Assembly: GCA_044892505.1 (NCBI GenBank)
Contig: CM097883.1
Location: 315,146,001 to 315,191,222 of the forward strand
DNA length: 45,222 nt
Source of the DNA: Schmidtea nova
Taxonomy: Eukaryota
Reading direction: 5' to 3'
The notes beneath the pieces were generated by a model. It did no database searches, was not told the DNA's origin, and saw only the letters and a program-made list of their open reading frames with translations. Positions 8,881-20,753 of this stretch are shown in pieces (positions within the stretch are counted from its first letter, which is position 1; each line of letters begins with the position of its first letter). Both the position numbers and the translations under genes were made by a program.

Positions 8881-11800
8881 TTACAAGTCGTTAGTTCTAG
8901 ATAGGCGGATTGGTAAGTTCGGGTTTTCGCCGATTCTTTTAGTTCGGTGCCATTCTGCTATACGCACTTTCTTAATTTGTTGTGCCTTGGGTATCTTATT
9001 TGATGATTTTAGGATGGGGTTCGGAGTATATTTTGAAGTAGGAGTTGATTGAGTTGGCTGGTCCAATATAGTTGCCGGGATAAACCATGTGTTATCTGGT
9101 TGCGATGATTGTGTTGGTCTCTGAATTGGAATTTGCTTCTGGTTAGCTATTGGTTGTAATGTGCTGGGTAATGGGTTTTCGATTTGTAACTGGGTGGTGG
9201 AGTGATTAGTTATGAGGGATGGAATGATTTCATTTTTGATTGGAAGTAATTTCGGTGATGATAAAAATTGCTGAGGTAAGCGAACGACGGTCGGGTTATC
9301 CCTCTGCAGATTATGGGTTTGTATGGGGTCCGGAGGATTTGGTGGTGTGAAGTCTTGTGTCTCAGCATGCGATGTGATATTTGCAGGACTGAGGTCTTCT
9401 TCCATATAACCAAAAGCTGGCTTGAGACGGGCTAGATTTATAATTGAATCCATTCCATTAATGGAAACTTTTGCAGTGCCGTTATCAAGTATTTGGAGAA
9501 GGGAATACGGTCCTTCGTAGCGTAGTTTTAGGCCAATATCGGCAATTGAACGGATCCATACATGAGTTGCGCGATCAAAAGATCTGGGAATATATGGTTT
9601 GTAAGTGTTCGACATTGAAAAGTTTGGGTTTGAGTCCAAAGATAGGAAATGGTTAGTTGCATCCGCTAGATTTTCTAAAGTTGGTTCGCCGTTTAGCTCG
9701 ACAAGTTCGTTTGGTAACATGACGTTAGTACCGAACAGGAGTTGAGCTGGAGACGAACCGGTTGTTTTTGATGGCGTATTGCGCCATCCTAGTAGCACAA
9801 AAGTAGGGTCTTTGTCCAGTTCTTTGAAGTTGAAAGTATTCGGAGGGATGTCTTGAGTGTGCGGTGAAACCGCTCGACAGCTCCGTTTGTTTGTGGGTGG
9901 TAGGTACTAGTCCTCAGGTGTTTAATTCCTAGTTGTGTCAAAAGTTGTTTAAAAAGATGGGATTCGAATTGGGGTCCTTGATCGGTAATGAAATGTAGAG
10001 GAACGCCAAATATCGAGATCCAATGTTCTATGATCGCCGATGCTACAATATAGGCAGAAATGGATTTTAAAGGAACATCGACTGGAAAACGAGTTTTTCT
10101 GTCCAGCATGGTTAGTATATGTGTGTAACCGTTGTCTGGAGGAAGAGGTCCAACTAGATCGACATGCACCACTTCAAAACGGTTTCCCGTTGGAAAGTTA
10201 TGTAAGGGTGGTCGAGTATGTCTGTGGATTTTGTGTTGTTGGCATCCTAAGCAAGATTCACACCAGTCTTTTATGTCTTGTCTCATACTTGGCCAAATGA
10301 CACGAGAACGTAGTAGATTATATGTTGCAGACGTGCCCGGATGGTGAAGGTTGTGGGTGTGGTTGAAAGCTTCGCGCCTTAACTTTTCTTGCAAAATTGG
10401 GCGGATATTTCCAGATAAGGCGTTGTCGTAGTAGATGCCTTTATCGAAAACCGTTGTATTTTGGAAGAATGACAGGTCTCTTGGGGAAGGTGGTAGAGAC
10501 CTGAGGACGTCGTCAGTGAAGATCGGCTCAGTAGTGATCGCTGCAACAAGATTTCGCGATAGATAATCTGCTACAATATTCTGGCGACCTGGAAGATGAG
10601 TGATAGTGAACGCGAATTCTGATAGGTAGCTAATTTGACGTCCCTGTCTTGGTGAAGGAGTCTTCATTTCCATCATGTGAACTAGAGGTTTATGGTCCGT
10701 CTGAATAGAAAAAGATCTGCCTTCGAGTAGGTAGCGGAAGTGGCGGACTGATTCATATATCGCTAACAATTCGCGGTCAAACGTGGAATTGCATTGTTCC
10801 TGTGTGGTTAATTTGCGTGAAAAGAATTCGATTTTCTCTTGACAACCTGTGTTGTTCTGCTCGAGAACTCCAGCAATGCCAATGTTGGACACATAGGTAG
10901 TTAAAAATAGGGGTAGATTGTTCTTTATGTAGGACAAAGATTGTGCTGTAGACATTGCGTCCTTGACGGATTGAAAAGCTCTTTCCAGTTCGTCATTCCA
11001 CGGTAGGAGAGAGTGTTTTGGGCCGCTACAGAGAGCGGAAAGAGGTGCGGTGACCTCAGATATCCTTGGAATAAATCGGTGACAGAAATTAACAGTTCCT
11101 AAGAAGCTGCGCATTTGGGAAACTGTATTTGGTCGTGAAAAATTGCGGATTGTATCTAGGCGTTCTGGAAGTGGTCTTACTCCGGACGTCGATACGAGGT
11201 GTCCGAGGAATTTTATTTCCGATTGAAAGAAGGAACATTTGTCCAAGTTAATTTGCAAATTGTTATTGTGCAATAACCTGAACACTTCTTTGATATGTTC
11301 AAGATGTTCCGTTGCATCTTTGGACCCGATGAGGATGTCATCGATGTATGCCACCATGTATTTCTTGTCCCCTAAAATATTGTCAATGTGTCGCTGGAAC
11401 GTTTGAGCTGCGTTTCGGAGACCGAATGGCATGTATTTGTATTCAAACAAGCCGAAAGGGGATTTGGTGGTAAGCCTTTTTTAGATCTAGGGTGGAGAAG
11501 ATTGTAGCTTCAGGTAATCTCGAAAGAACGTCTGATATAAGTGGCATGGGGTAAGAGTCATGTATAGTGACTTTGTTGAGGCGTCTGTAGTCACCACAGG
11601 CGCGGATAGATCCGTCTTTTTTTGTAACCACATGGATGGGTGATGCCCAAGGGGAATTCGATCGGTGGATAGTACCGGCTTCGAGTAGCTTATTGAATTC
11701 TTCCTTGACAAGTGTGAGTTTCTCGGGCGCGAGTGGTCGCATACGTTCTCTGTTAGGCATACCGTTATTGATGACTATGACGTGTAGAAAAGAGGGAGTT

Positions 11801-12320
11801 TGTTTGTGATTGTTTGATCTCTTTTCGACGTTTGGAAATGTCTTTAGTAATTGTTGTATATAGCAAGGTGTGGCGGGTAAGACATTGAGAGCGTCGCTAC
11901 AGAGGTGGTCAAGAACTTGAGCTCTAGGTGTGTGTTGTGAGAGGATTAATTTGCGTTCTCTGCAATCAGGGAGTAAACCTTCAGCATCAAGAAAATCGGC
12001 ACCTAAGAGTGGATGAATCACCTCGGCGACTTGGAATGTCCATGAAAAAGTTTTAGACAGACCAGGAATTTGGAATATTAAGTTTTTGGTTCCAATAGTG
12101 GAAAAGTTTTCGCCACTGGCTGTCCGGAAAGACATTTTTTGATTATTATCAATTCCGAACCGATTAGGTAGGAATGAAATGATAGAGCCGCTATCGATAA
12201 CGAAGTGAATGGGGGCATCGACTTCGTTAGAGTTCTGGGAATGAGGTACGGCGGAAACAGAAAAGAGTCCACAGGTTATGGGATCGCCATCAAAAACTGT
12301 GGGGGAGTTCGATGGCGTCT
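8881..12320 (-). pseudogene. pol: pol (protease-RT-RNase H-integrase), broken by two frameshifts
   Basis: PR FVIDSGS; RT WASPIHVV, LDLKKAYHQI, MPFGLRNA, YIDD; IN HHCC, VHVD, TDQG, NGAVER. About 41 nt deleted near 11460, 1 nt deleted near 9803, and RNase H TDAS changed to TYVS near 10893. Confidence 0.95.
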
Positions 12321-13307
12321 TCAGTTTTCCGAAGACTTATTATATGAATTTTGATTAACGTTACTGGTATTGTGATTACCAGTATGGAAACGGCAGCCTT
12401 CCAAGCATGTTTTGGCCTCGGTCTTAAATATTGCGTGATAGATGCAAAGGTTGCGAGGCAGGCATGTTGGAAGTCGGTTGTTCCACCTACAACCGACATA
12501 GCAATGTTGGGCTTTGTCTCCATACGTCTTATGGTAGGAGCATATGAGCCCTCGTGCAGACGTGGACCGATGTCGTTTTTGATTGTTGTCACGACTGTCT
12601 GTTCGACTTCGACCTCGGGTGTGTAGACTTGCGTCTAAATTGTCCATCCTCGATGTTAAAGCAGCTATGGCGCTGACTAGGGCTCCGAATTCGGCGTGTG
12701 GGAGGCTTGTTGTTGCGACTACTGGTGATGGAGTATCGGGTGACGTGTTGATTTCCACGATCTTGTCGGCAATTTTGGCCAGTTCTTCCAATGTTGTGTT
12801 TGGAACAACGGCCAGAATGGACTGGGCTGATGTAGGTAGTGCTTTTAGAAAGAACCTACGGAGCAGAGCGTCGTCTTTGGTAAGACCAGCCTGGATCCTT
12901 TCGAGTTGTTCCTTGGCTCGCTTGAGGAAGGCGCTTGGTCTTTCATTATTGAGGGGTTGATTTCGGAACCAAGCCTCATATAAATGGTCTAATTTTGGTC
13001 GGTAGGCGTCTAGCACTGCCGATTTCAGTGAGTTGTAGGGCTCACTTGCCGTGGCTGCGGTTGCAATGGCGGTGGACAATGTGGTGTAAATAGTGCTTGG
13101 AAGCATGGACAAGAGTGCACCAAACTTCTGCCCTTGAGATTGAGTGGGTAGAAAGGTTGGAGTCACTTCTAGTGCCAGGAACCACGTTTGTGGGGAGCCA
13201 ACGCCGTCTAGGAAAAACGGTATTGGGGTAATAACTGGTGTTGTTTGTTGTGTTGGCGGTTGTATGTGACTGATTTCACAGTCTGTGTTAGTCTCATCAG
13301 TTTGCAT
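12321..13307 (-). CDS. gag: Gag (about 328 aa from MQTDE; the frame stays open upstream to 14033)
   Basis: PFFLDG..PQTWF...KF..L..LP...PY..LK..VL capsid-like region; two CxYH..(F/Y)..xA..C...C knuckles; ends at TCG GAA AAC TGA with pol in the -1 frame. Confidence 0.9.
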   Translation of the reverse strand: MQTDETNTDCEISHIQPPTQQTTPVITPIPFFLDGVGSPQTWFLALEVTPTFLPTQSQGQKFGALLSMLPSTIYTTLSTAIATAATASEPYNSLKSAVLDAYRPKLDHLYEAWFRNQPLNNERPSAFLKRAKEQLERIQAGLTKDDALLRRFFLKALPTSAQSILAVVPNTTLEELAKIADKIVEINTSPDTPSPVVATTSLPHAEFGALVSAIAALTSRMDNLDASLHTRGRSRTDSRDNNQKRHRSTSARGLICSYHKTYGDKAQHCYVGCRWNNRLPTCLPRNLCIYHAIFKTEAKTCLEGCRFHTGNHNTSNVNQNSYNKSSEN

Positions 13308-13702
13308 TCCTCCAGTCAAACGGGGAACGATGTCGAAATAGGTGGTGATGACTGGGGTATGTGTCGCAGATTGGGACTTCTTGACAAAGAAGTGGCGGTG
13401 TGTTTCTCTTGGGACACCAATTGCTAGGAGCAATGAAGACATTGAGGACAATTGTGACTTCGTCGGAAACAGAGGTTGCCATCCGGAAGTCTTGTTAGGA
13501 CACCGGAAGAGAAATTTGTGTGATACTTGCGTCCTCTCAATGTTTAAAAACCCGTTTGTTCTTATGATGTGGTTTCCATGTACCTTCAATATAGTTAGTC
13601 CCGCCCAGGATTGTAGCGCCTTCATTTGGGAAGGAATAGGAAAAATAATAAATGTGGGAATATAATAATATAAAATATAAATGTTACTGGAGGGAGGGAG
13701 TA

Positions 13703-13715
13703 ACTTCTGACACCA
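13703..13715 (-). promoter_or_regulatory. Primer-binding site, probably tRNA-Leu
   Basis: TGGTGTCAGAAGT, 3 nt downstream of the 5' LTR; complementary to the 3' end of eukaryotic tRNA-Leu(CAA), ACUUCUGACACCA. Confidence 0.85.
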
Positions 13716-13718
13716 ATT

Positions 13719-15234
13719 TGATGAACCGGAAACCACACCAAGGTATTCTGATTTTTGGCGTGGTTGCCGATTCATTAATTTTATATTTGTTCCCTCGCTT
13801 ATCATTTTACATAAGCTTACAAATAAATCTAAATATACTTTTGTTTTCGAATGTCTGTAGTTGGTATTCAGCTTACGGCAATTTGTTAACATATACTCAG
13901 TCATGCCAAATAGCAGGGAAAGAAGAATTCCAGGCCGAACCAAAGATCGATCGAAATCATCGGGTAATCCCCCAAGGAGGATCTCATAAGGAGGTTCCAC
14001 TGCCGGCTTGCTTATTAGAAAGTACTTGTCCAATCACTCGGATCGTGTAGATATAATTGTCAGAAAATGTAATATTTATTTGATAACCAGTTTCTATATA
14101 AATCTTAATTGTATCACTTTTCTTTATTAATTGATTGAAAGAGACATTGAAAAATCTGTAAAATTTAAGAATAAGATTGGAAACATAACACCAAGTTTTG
14201 GAAATGTCTGTGAAAATATCAAACATGCAGTTTACCAAAATTTCATGAATAAAAATAAAAGGAGGTCTCAAAGATTGAATAACCATATAAAAATGATACA
14301 CACATGGATTTGATTGTATAGCATGATAAACCATTTTTCTATTACTAAACTTTCATCAGTATCTTTCCACCTTACCGGATAAAAATAATTGAAATTAGAA
14401 TGATGAAATTCAGGAAACACTCCAAAGTCATACGATATAATATACAATTTAATGAATGACAAAATGCATGGGAAATCAATTTTTGGATTCTGGACAAAAA
14501 CTTCATTTGTGAAGATATTGTATGCGCATGGTGAGGAGCAATTTATTTGAGTACCTTTAAATAGTTCTCTCGATCTTGGAATAATTAGATCTAAATGTTT
14601 TTTAAAATAAAATCCTTGCTCATTAAAGCTAACTAAGCAGCGGCATGTAATACTTGATTTTACCCAGGACGTGCTTGCCTTCGAAAACCTTCCTCTGACA
14701 TTAAAGTGATATGATATATAGTTTATTCTATCAATCAGAAAGTTTACGATTACGACGGAGTCTTTGAGAGCAACCCAATGTAGGAGCGACAGATCCGTAC
14801 CTTCCGTAATGATTATTTTTACTTCTATCGGATCTAGGAACTCTACTGATCTTTCGAATCTCGCGTCATCATCTGCGATAATATATGCGAACCATAAACG
14901 TCGCTTTGCTGATTCTTCTATATATTCTTCATTCAACATTTTATTCAAATGATATTTCGGTAATCTATATTTGATATTATAATATATTTTTAAATTAGAA
15001 TTTAAAAAGTCGAATTTCAAGCGATTTCAAATATTTATTTTATATTATCGTGCGGGTTAACCGCTTAACAACCTCTTTTAACAAAACATACAATGTTGAA
15101 ATTATAAAATTTTTACATATATAACAATTTTTTTACAACCTTAATTTACATAATTTTAAATATACATGAGACACGAATAAACATTTATTTATGTTAAAAA
15201 TTCATATCCAAACGTGTGTCCACAGAACATTACA
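13719..15234 (-). repeat. 5' LTR (1516 bp)
   Basis: Direct repeat of 7284-8799. Confidence 0.95.
14268..14939 (-). CDS. LTR-internal ORF with ankyrin-like motif, 5' LTR copy
   Basis: Protein identical to that of 7833-8504. Confidence 0.4.
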   Translation of the reverse strand: MLNEEYIEESAKRRLWFAYIIADDDARFERSVEFLDPIEVKIIITEGTDLSLLHWVALKDSVVIVNFLIDRINYISYHFNVRGRFSKASTSWVKSSITCRCLVSFNEQGFYFKKHLDLIIPRSRELFKGTQINCSSPCAYNIFTNEVFVQNPKIDFPCILSFIKLYIISYDFGVFPEFHHSNFNYFYPVRWKDTDESLVIEKWFIMLYNQIHVCIIFIWLFNL

Positions 15235-15639
15235 CAAGGTGTTTGAACAATGATGGGCAGGTGAGCTCTATTTCTAAAACTACTCCCCATTTATGTTCGC
15301 GGGTTCATCGCTGCCGATAGAAAGACTTACGCTTTCATTTAGCTTTACTTTACTGAATCCCTTGTCTTTCGTTTTACTTCTTCTGCCCCCTTTACAATAT
15401 CAACATGTAAAACATGTACTTATCATATATTTGACTTTATGCTCCTAATGTTCATCATTCCTGAAATTTTATTAATTAATTTATACCACACTACGAAAAT
15501 AAATTATACTTTATAGATCCAAATGGAAATTCAATATTTACTTTACTTTATTTTACAAAAAGAAAATTAATACGACAAAAAAATAAAACTGTATTTTTAC
15601 AAAAATAATTAAAAAATTAGTTAAGGCATTCAATACTTT

Positions 15640-16247
15640 CACTCAAAGAATTTGAGAAAGTCGTCATCCAGCGACATGAAGTCCGTTGATAAATCGATCT
15701 CGGGTATTTCAGACATACCATCAACGCGATTAATAAATTGTTGCGCAAACTGTTTCTTCCATCTCCTTTGCCGTGAGCCAATCTTGTTTTTCTTTTTCTT
15801 TTTATTTTCAATAGTCGACGAGAATTTTACGATCGGTGCTAATATTGCAATGACCTCAGGAATTTGAGATAACCCTTCGGTATCAGTTCCTATGGAACAT
15901 CCTGATTTTTTCTCCGACGACCAGCGTTGGCAAGTAACTGGCCGGATTAAACCTTTTAACTCTGTTTAGATGAATAACGTCGTAACCGAACGTAGGCATT
16001 TTCGTAGCTCTATTTTTGCCGCCTCGAGCTCTATTCAATATTCTTCGCCTGCTCTTTGGGCTCTATGGTTTTTTAAAATTTGTTCCTTCATTTGTTCTGG
16101 GCTGAACCAGCTTTTGCGGAGACGAGACATTGTAGCTTCAGATTTTGCCAACTTTTCTTTGATTGTTCCAATCTCTTTCTCCAGGCTGCGAATGATTCGC
16201 CAAGCCTTGTCCAATTCGGTTTGCGGGTTTTGTTGATTTGATGACAT
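15640..16247 (-). pseudogene. Possible degraded gene for a basic coiled-coil protein
   Basis: Higher GC than the flanks; coding-like fragments in successive frames (ELDKAWRIIRSLEKE; RRRILNRARGGKNR; KKKKNKIGSRQRRWKK). No family recognised. Confidence 0.25.
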
Positions 16248-19200
16248 GATTCTGAAATCAATTGTTATTATTCCTGGTTTACGTTAAATTTCGCATTTAA
16301 TTATTGGTAAATGAATGTCTTTAGGAACCCGTATAAATTACTTTTATTTGAGAATATATCCTATAACATTGACGGATCTTATGCTATTGTTGGGATGACG
16401 ATTTCCTCCGAATGTTTACATATTTAGTGTATTGGTATTTGGAAATGAAGAAGATGAGTAAACGTACAATAATTTTTAAAACACTGTCGCTATGTACAGT
16501 GATCAGATTAATTCATTAAGTTTTATTTATACCTGTGCTATCTACAGTAATCAGGGTAATTTACTTTAAAATTTGAACTTCTGCCCTATATACAGAAGTC
16601 AGGTTATTAAGTTTAATTTTCTTTGTTTGTGAGTAGGTTAATCGAAATCAAGTATATGCTGCTGATCTGTTCATTGATTTTTGTTTGGCGTGGTATCTAC
16701 TCAGAAGTTCACGAACCAGATGATACTACGTTTTTTGTGTGGTTCACTGCTACTGTTTTATTGATTATGCATTTCTACCAACTGGATGTACAATAGTTTA
16801 TTTGACTAAACGGAGTTGAGTCTACGGGTTAGATCGAATCTCGGAGGGCCAACCGATTTCCTTCAATCATGACAGTAATGCCGAGGACCTCAAAACTTGT
16901 GTGTTACAATCCCAACAAAAATTAGTTGAAAATGGATTTACTAATCACGATCTTACTGATTGAAATGACCATCGTAATTCGGCTTCCTAATAACATCGGG
17001 CGAATTAATTCAATTCTGTTCAGCGGTTTGCTCTCTCTCCGCTAGCAGCTCACAATCAAAAAAAATTACCGTTTTTAAGCATCCGGCGGATTTTAAAATA
17101 TCAGTACCCTCGCGCATCAAATCCCCTGATGTACAATATCGAAAGAAACACTGTGTCCTTCGGAATAATTCCTTTATGTTAAAATCGATAATTGTGAAAA
17201 ATAAAGTTTATTTATTGATTTATCAATTTCGCTATATAAAAATATCTAATAATGTAGAGATAATAGTAATCTGGCTATACTTGCCAGTAATTATATCCTG
17301 AATCATTCCATTATAAAATCCTCTACCATCCTTGCGGCACCTAGTACACTACAAAGATGGCAAATGTTTACCTTCCACGCGGCATCTATGATACCCCAAT
17401 GAAGGCTGCCTCCTTCACCGATTTCACAGTGGAAGGAACACAAATCTTTCTATATCATTAATATAATGTAAGATACATATATGAGATATCAACTGTAAGA
17501 TTACTAAACTATCTATTGAACATATGACAAAAATCATGTCATAAAGTAATAGACATAACAATTTTAATCAGAATAACAAAACAAAACATTCATACCTTCA
17601 CTAGTTAACAAAACTGTTGATGCCCAAAAATTTTCTCAGAAAAATCATTAAAATTATCAAATTCCGACTCAGTATTTATATCACATTTATGTTTTTATTA
17701 CTTTTATTCCACCATTTGTTTCGTTCCTATTAATTCTAATTCATTTTCTTTCAACAGTATTATTTTACTTTATTTATTTTTTTATTATCATTTATTGGCT
17801 CAAATGGTGGGCCCAACAATAGTAAAAATATTATTTCAATATTTACTAACAATACTGTAATAAAATTATCATAAAATTGAGTTTATTTATATTTTCAGCC
17901 TAAAACAAAAAATAAACAATACGCCTAGTCAAATAGAACATAAAATAAAGTCACTCGCATATTAGCTATAAAATTGAGTATTTTCATAAATTTGCTTAGA
18001 CATTAGAATTTTATTAATTTTATATAATTAATATAAAAATTTATAGTAATTATCATGTATATCATAATAAAAATTTATTTAAACTTGATAAATAAATAAT
18101 TAAAATATATTTCATTTCAAATTACTTTATTGTTAATGAACTTTAATTAATTAACTTTTACAAAATTTATACAAAATTACTGAACTAATTTGTTGAAATA
18201 AATTGCTTTCCTTGAAATGCGATTATTCAAAGATTATAGCAAAAGTTTAAATAAATAAATTACAAAAATAAAAATTTATTTATTATCTAAAATGATTACT
18301 AAATTTATTTGTTTGAATTTTTTTTCTCTGAAATACCAAATTATTATCTAAAATTCAATTTAAAGTTATAAGAAAAAAAGAAAAATTACGTAAATTAATT
18401 ACTAAAAACAAATTGTTTTAATTAATTGTTTTCCTTGAAAAGCGATAATTTAAAAATTTTATTACTAATATTAATTAAAATTCTAAAATAATTAATAATT
18501 AGATTCACTAAATAAGTTTGATTTTAGAAATAATGTAAATATATTAATAAAATGGTTATTAAAATATAATAATTTATTGAAATAATTAAAATTTCTTATA
18601 ATTAACCAATTTTATAGCTAATGTAACATAAAAATGCGATTTAATATAAATAATATTAAATTAATTAAAGTTCATTAACAATTTAATTCATGACTCAGAA
18701 TAGTTATTGAAACTCTATTCCACAGTTAACAGTTTTTATTTAAAATGTATCCAACTGTTAAAATACATTGTATCCATTAATTTTAGTGAAAAAGTAATAC
18801 CAATATAAAAAAATAAATTAATAAAAATTCATTAAATATTTAATTCAACACTGAAAATAGTCATTGAAAAGAAAATTAACCAATAGTTTTATAAATTCAA
18901 TAAATTTTTAATTAAAAAATTAAACCAACACTAAAAATATTTATTCAAATTATATTTCACAATAATAAAATTCAGTCGACCGGTAAATTTTAATTACAAA
19001 TATATTCTACACTCTTTTAACAAAACGTAATCAAATAGTAAAGTTTAATTAAAAAATATATTTCACATTTATTTATTTTTTAATAAACTGTTAAAAATAA
19101 GTCAATATCTAATAATTTTATTAAAAACGTATTATTAACAAATTATTAACAAAGTAGTTAAAAATATTATATTCCGAAATCAGAATATTCTCTATTCAAT

Positions 19201-19319
19201 AAATTCATTCAGAAATGTATCTCATATTCATATGAAAACGTATTCCAAATCACCATAATTTATTCAAAGATTTTATTAAAATTCAAACAAGTGGGCAAAA
19301 TAAAGTATGCCAATCTTTA

Positions 19320-20400
19320 AATTTTGAATCAAACCATTTTATAGAAAAATAAAGTTTAAACTTACAATATTGCAATAAAAATTCAATAAAGTTACTGTAC
19401 ATATGTAAAAATGTAAAATTTAATTAATAATTATATATGTAACACAAAACAAAACTTTTAAACTATGAATCAAGCCATTTTATAGAAAATTAAAATTTAT
19501 CTATACTTTATTACAATCGAACATCAATAAAATTACTTCATTTAGATGGAAATACAAAAATTAATAACAAAACACATGTGCCTCACAAAATTCGACCAAC
19601 CAAATTTTCAATCAAGCCATTTTTGTATAAAATTAATTTTTACACACATTTTATTACAATAAAAACTCAGTAAAATAATTTGAAATAGTTGAAACTTACA
19701 ACTTTAATAACAAAACACATGTGCAACACAAAACACGACAACTTTCAAATTTCTAATCAAGTCATTTTAAAGAAATTTAAATTTTCCACTTTAAATATTA
19801 CAATAAAAATTCAATAAAGTTACTGTATATATGTGAAAAATACAAATTTTAATACAAAACACGCATGCACCACAAATTCGACAAATTTCTAATCAATTCA
19901 TTTTATAACAATTTATATTTTATATATACTTTATTACAATGGAAACGCAATGAAACTGTTTTAAATAGGTGAAAAAATAAAAGTTTTAATACACAACCGG
20001 TATGCAACACGAAGTACGACAACTTTCAAATTTCTAATCAAACCAATTTATAGAAAATTAAATTTTACACTTACAATATTACAATAAAAATTCAATAAAG
20101 TTACTGTATATATGTGAAATATACATATTTTAATACAAAACACGGATGCGTCACAAAATTCGACAAATTCTTTATTTCTAGTCAAGTCATATTATAAAAA
20201 TATAAATACATTATTACAATAAAAACTCAATAAAGTTAATTTAAATGGGTGAAAAATACAAATTTTTAAATTAAACACGCGTGTAACACGAAATACGGTA
20301 ACTTTTAAATTTTAAATCAAACCATTTTATTGGAATTTAAATATTACACACTTTATTACAATGATAAAACTCAATAAAGTTACTTTATATAGATGAAATA
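19320..20400. repeat. Degenerate tandem repeat, about 140 bp x8
   Basis: aatcaaRccattttat anchors near 19327, 19468, 19610, 19755, 19891, 20036, 20180 and 20315. Confidence 0.8.
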
Positions 20401-20753
20401 TGGAAATTCTGTCGATAACGTTGATGAATTCGAGTACAGAGATGACGGGAAGTTTCTCCAATTTATGTCGCATTACATCTATTACATGTAAATTGATAAA
20501 CGATTGATAAAAATTATTTAAATACATATTTACTTTGTTTTAATAAATGGAATTATACTGTTTTTTCTGGATGTCTATTACCTGGAATTACAGGGAGTCT
20601 GTTAAAATATATAATACGATGGTTATATCAGTGGCATTTTTTAAAATTAAATATTTGCCATGTTTACTTAAGTATTTATTTAAAAATCAATTTAATCTTC
20701 ATAAAAAATCTCCAGTTAAAACAAAGAATTAGGAAACCCTTTCCAAAGTATAT

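Larger units (their letters stand above)
7284..15234 (-). mobile_element. Ty3/Gypsy LTR retrotransposon (CsRn1/Kabuki-like Gag), 7.95 kb, defective
   Basis: Two 1516-bp direct repeats (TGT...TCA on minus), PBS, PPT, gag, PR-RT-RH-IN order, and CAAGG(T) duplicated on both flanks. Confidence 0.97.

Noticed and set aside
9210-13665. Several alternative-frame and antisense ORFs within gag/pol (e.g. 12583-12960, 13342-13665)
   Set aside because: Shadows of the GC-richer retroelement coding sequence
7137-15360. Host exon interrupted by the LTR element
   Set aside because: The reconstructed empty site gives about 68 open codons after a TGA, with no start or recognisable domain
16620-17460. Higher-GC patches that look like decayed coding DNA
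   Set aside because: No recognisable motif in any frame and many stops
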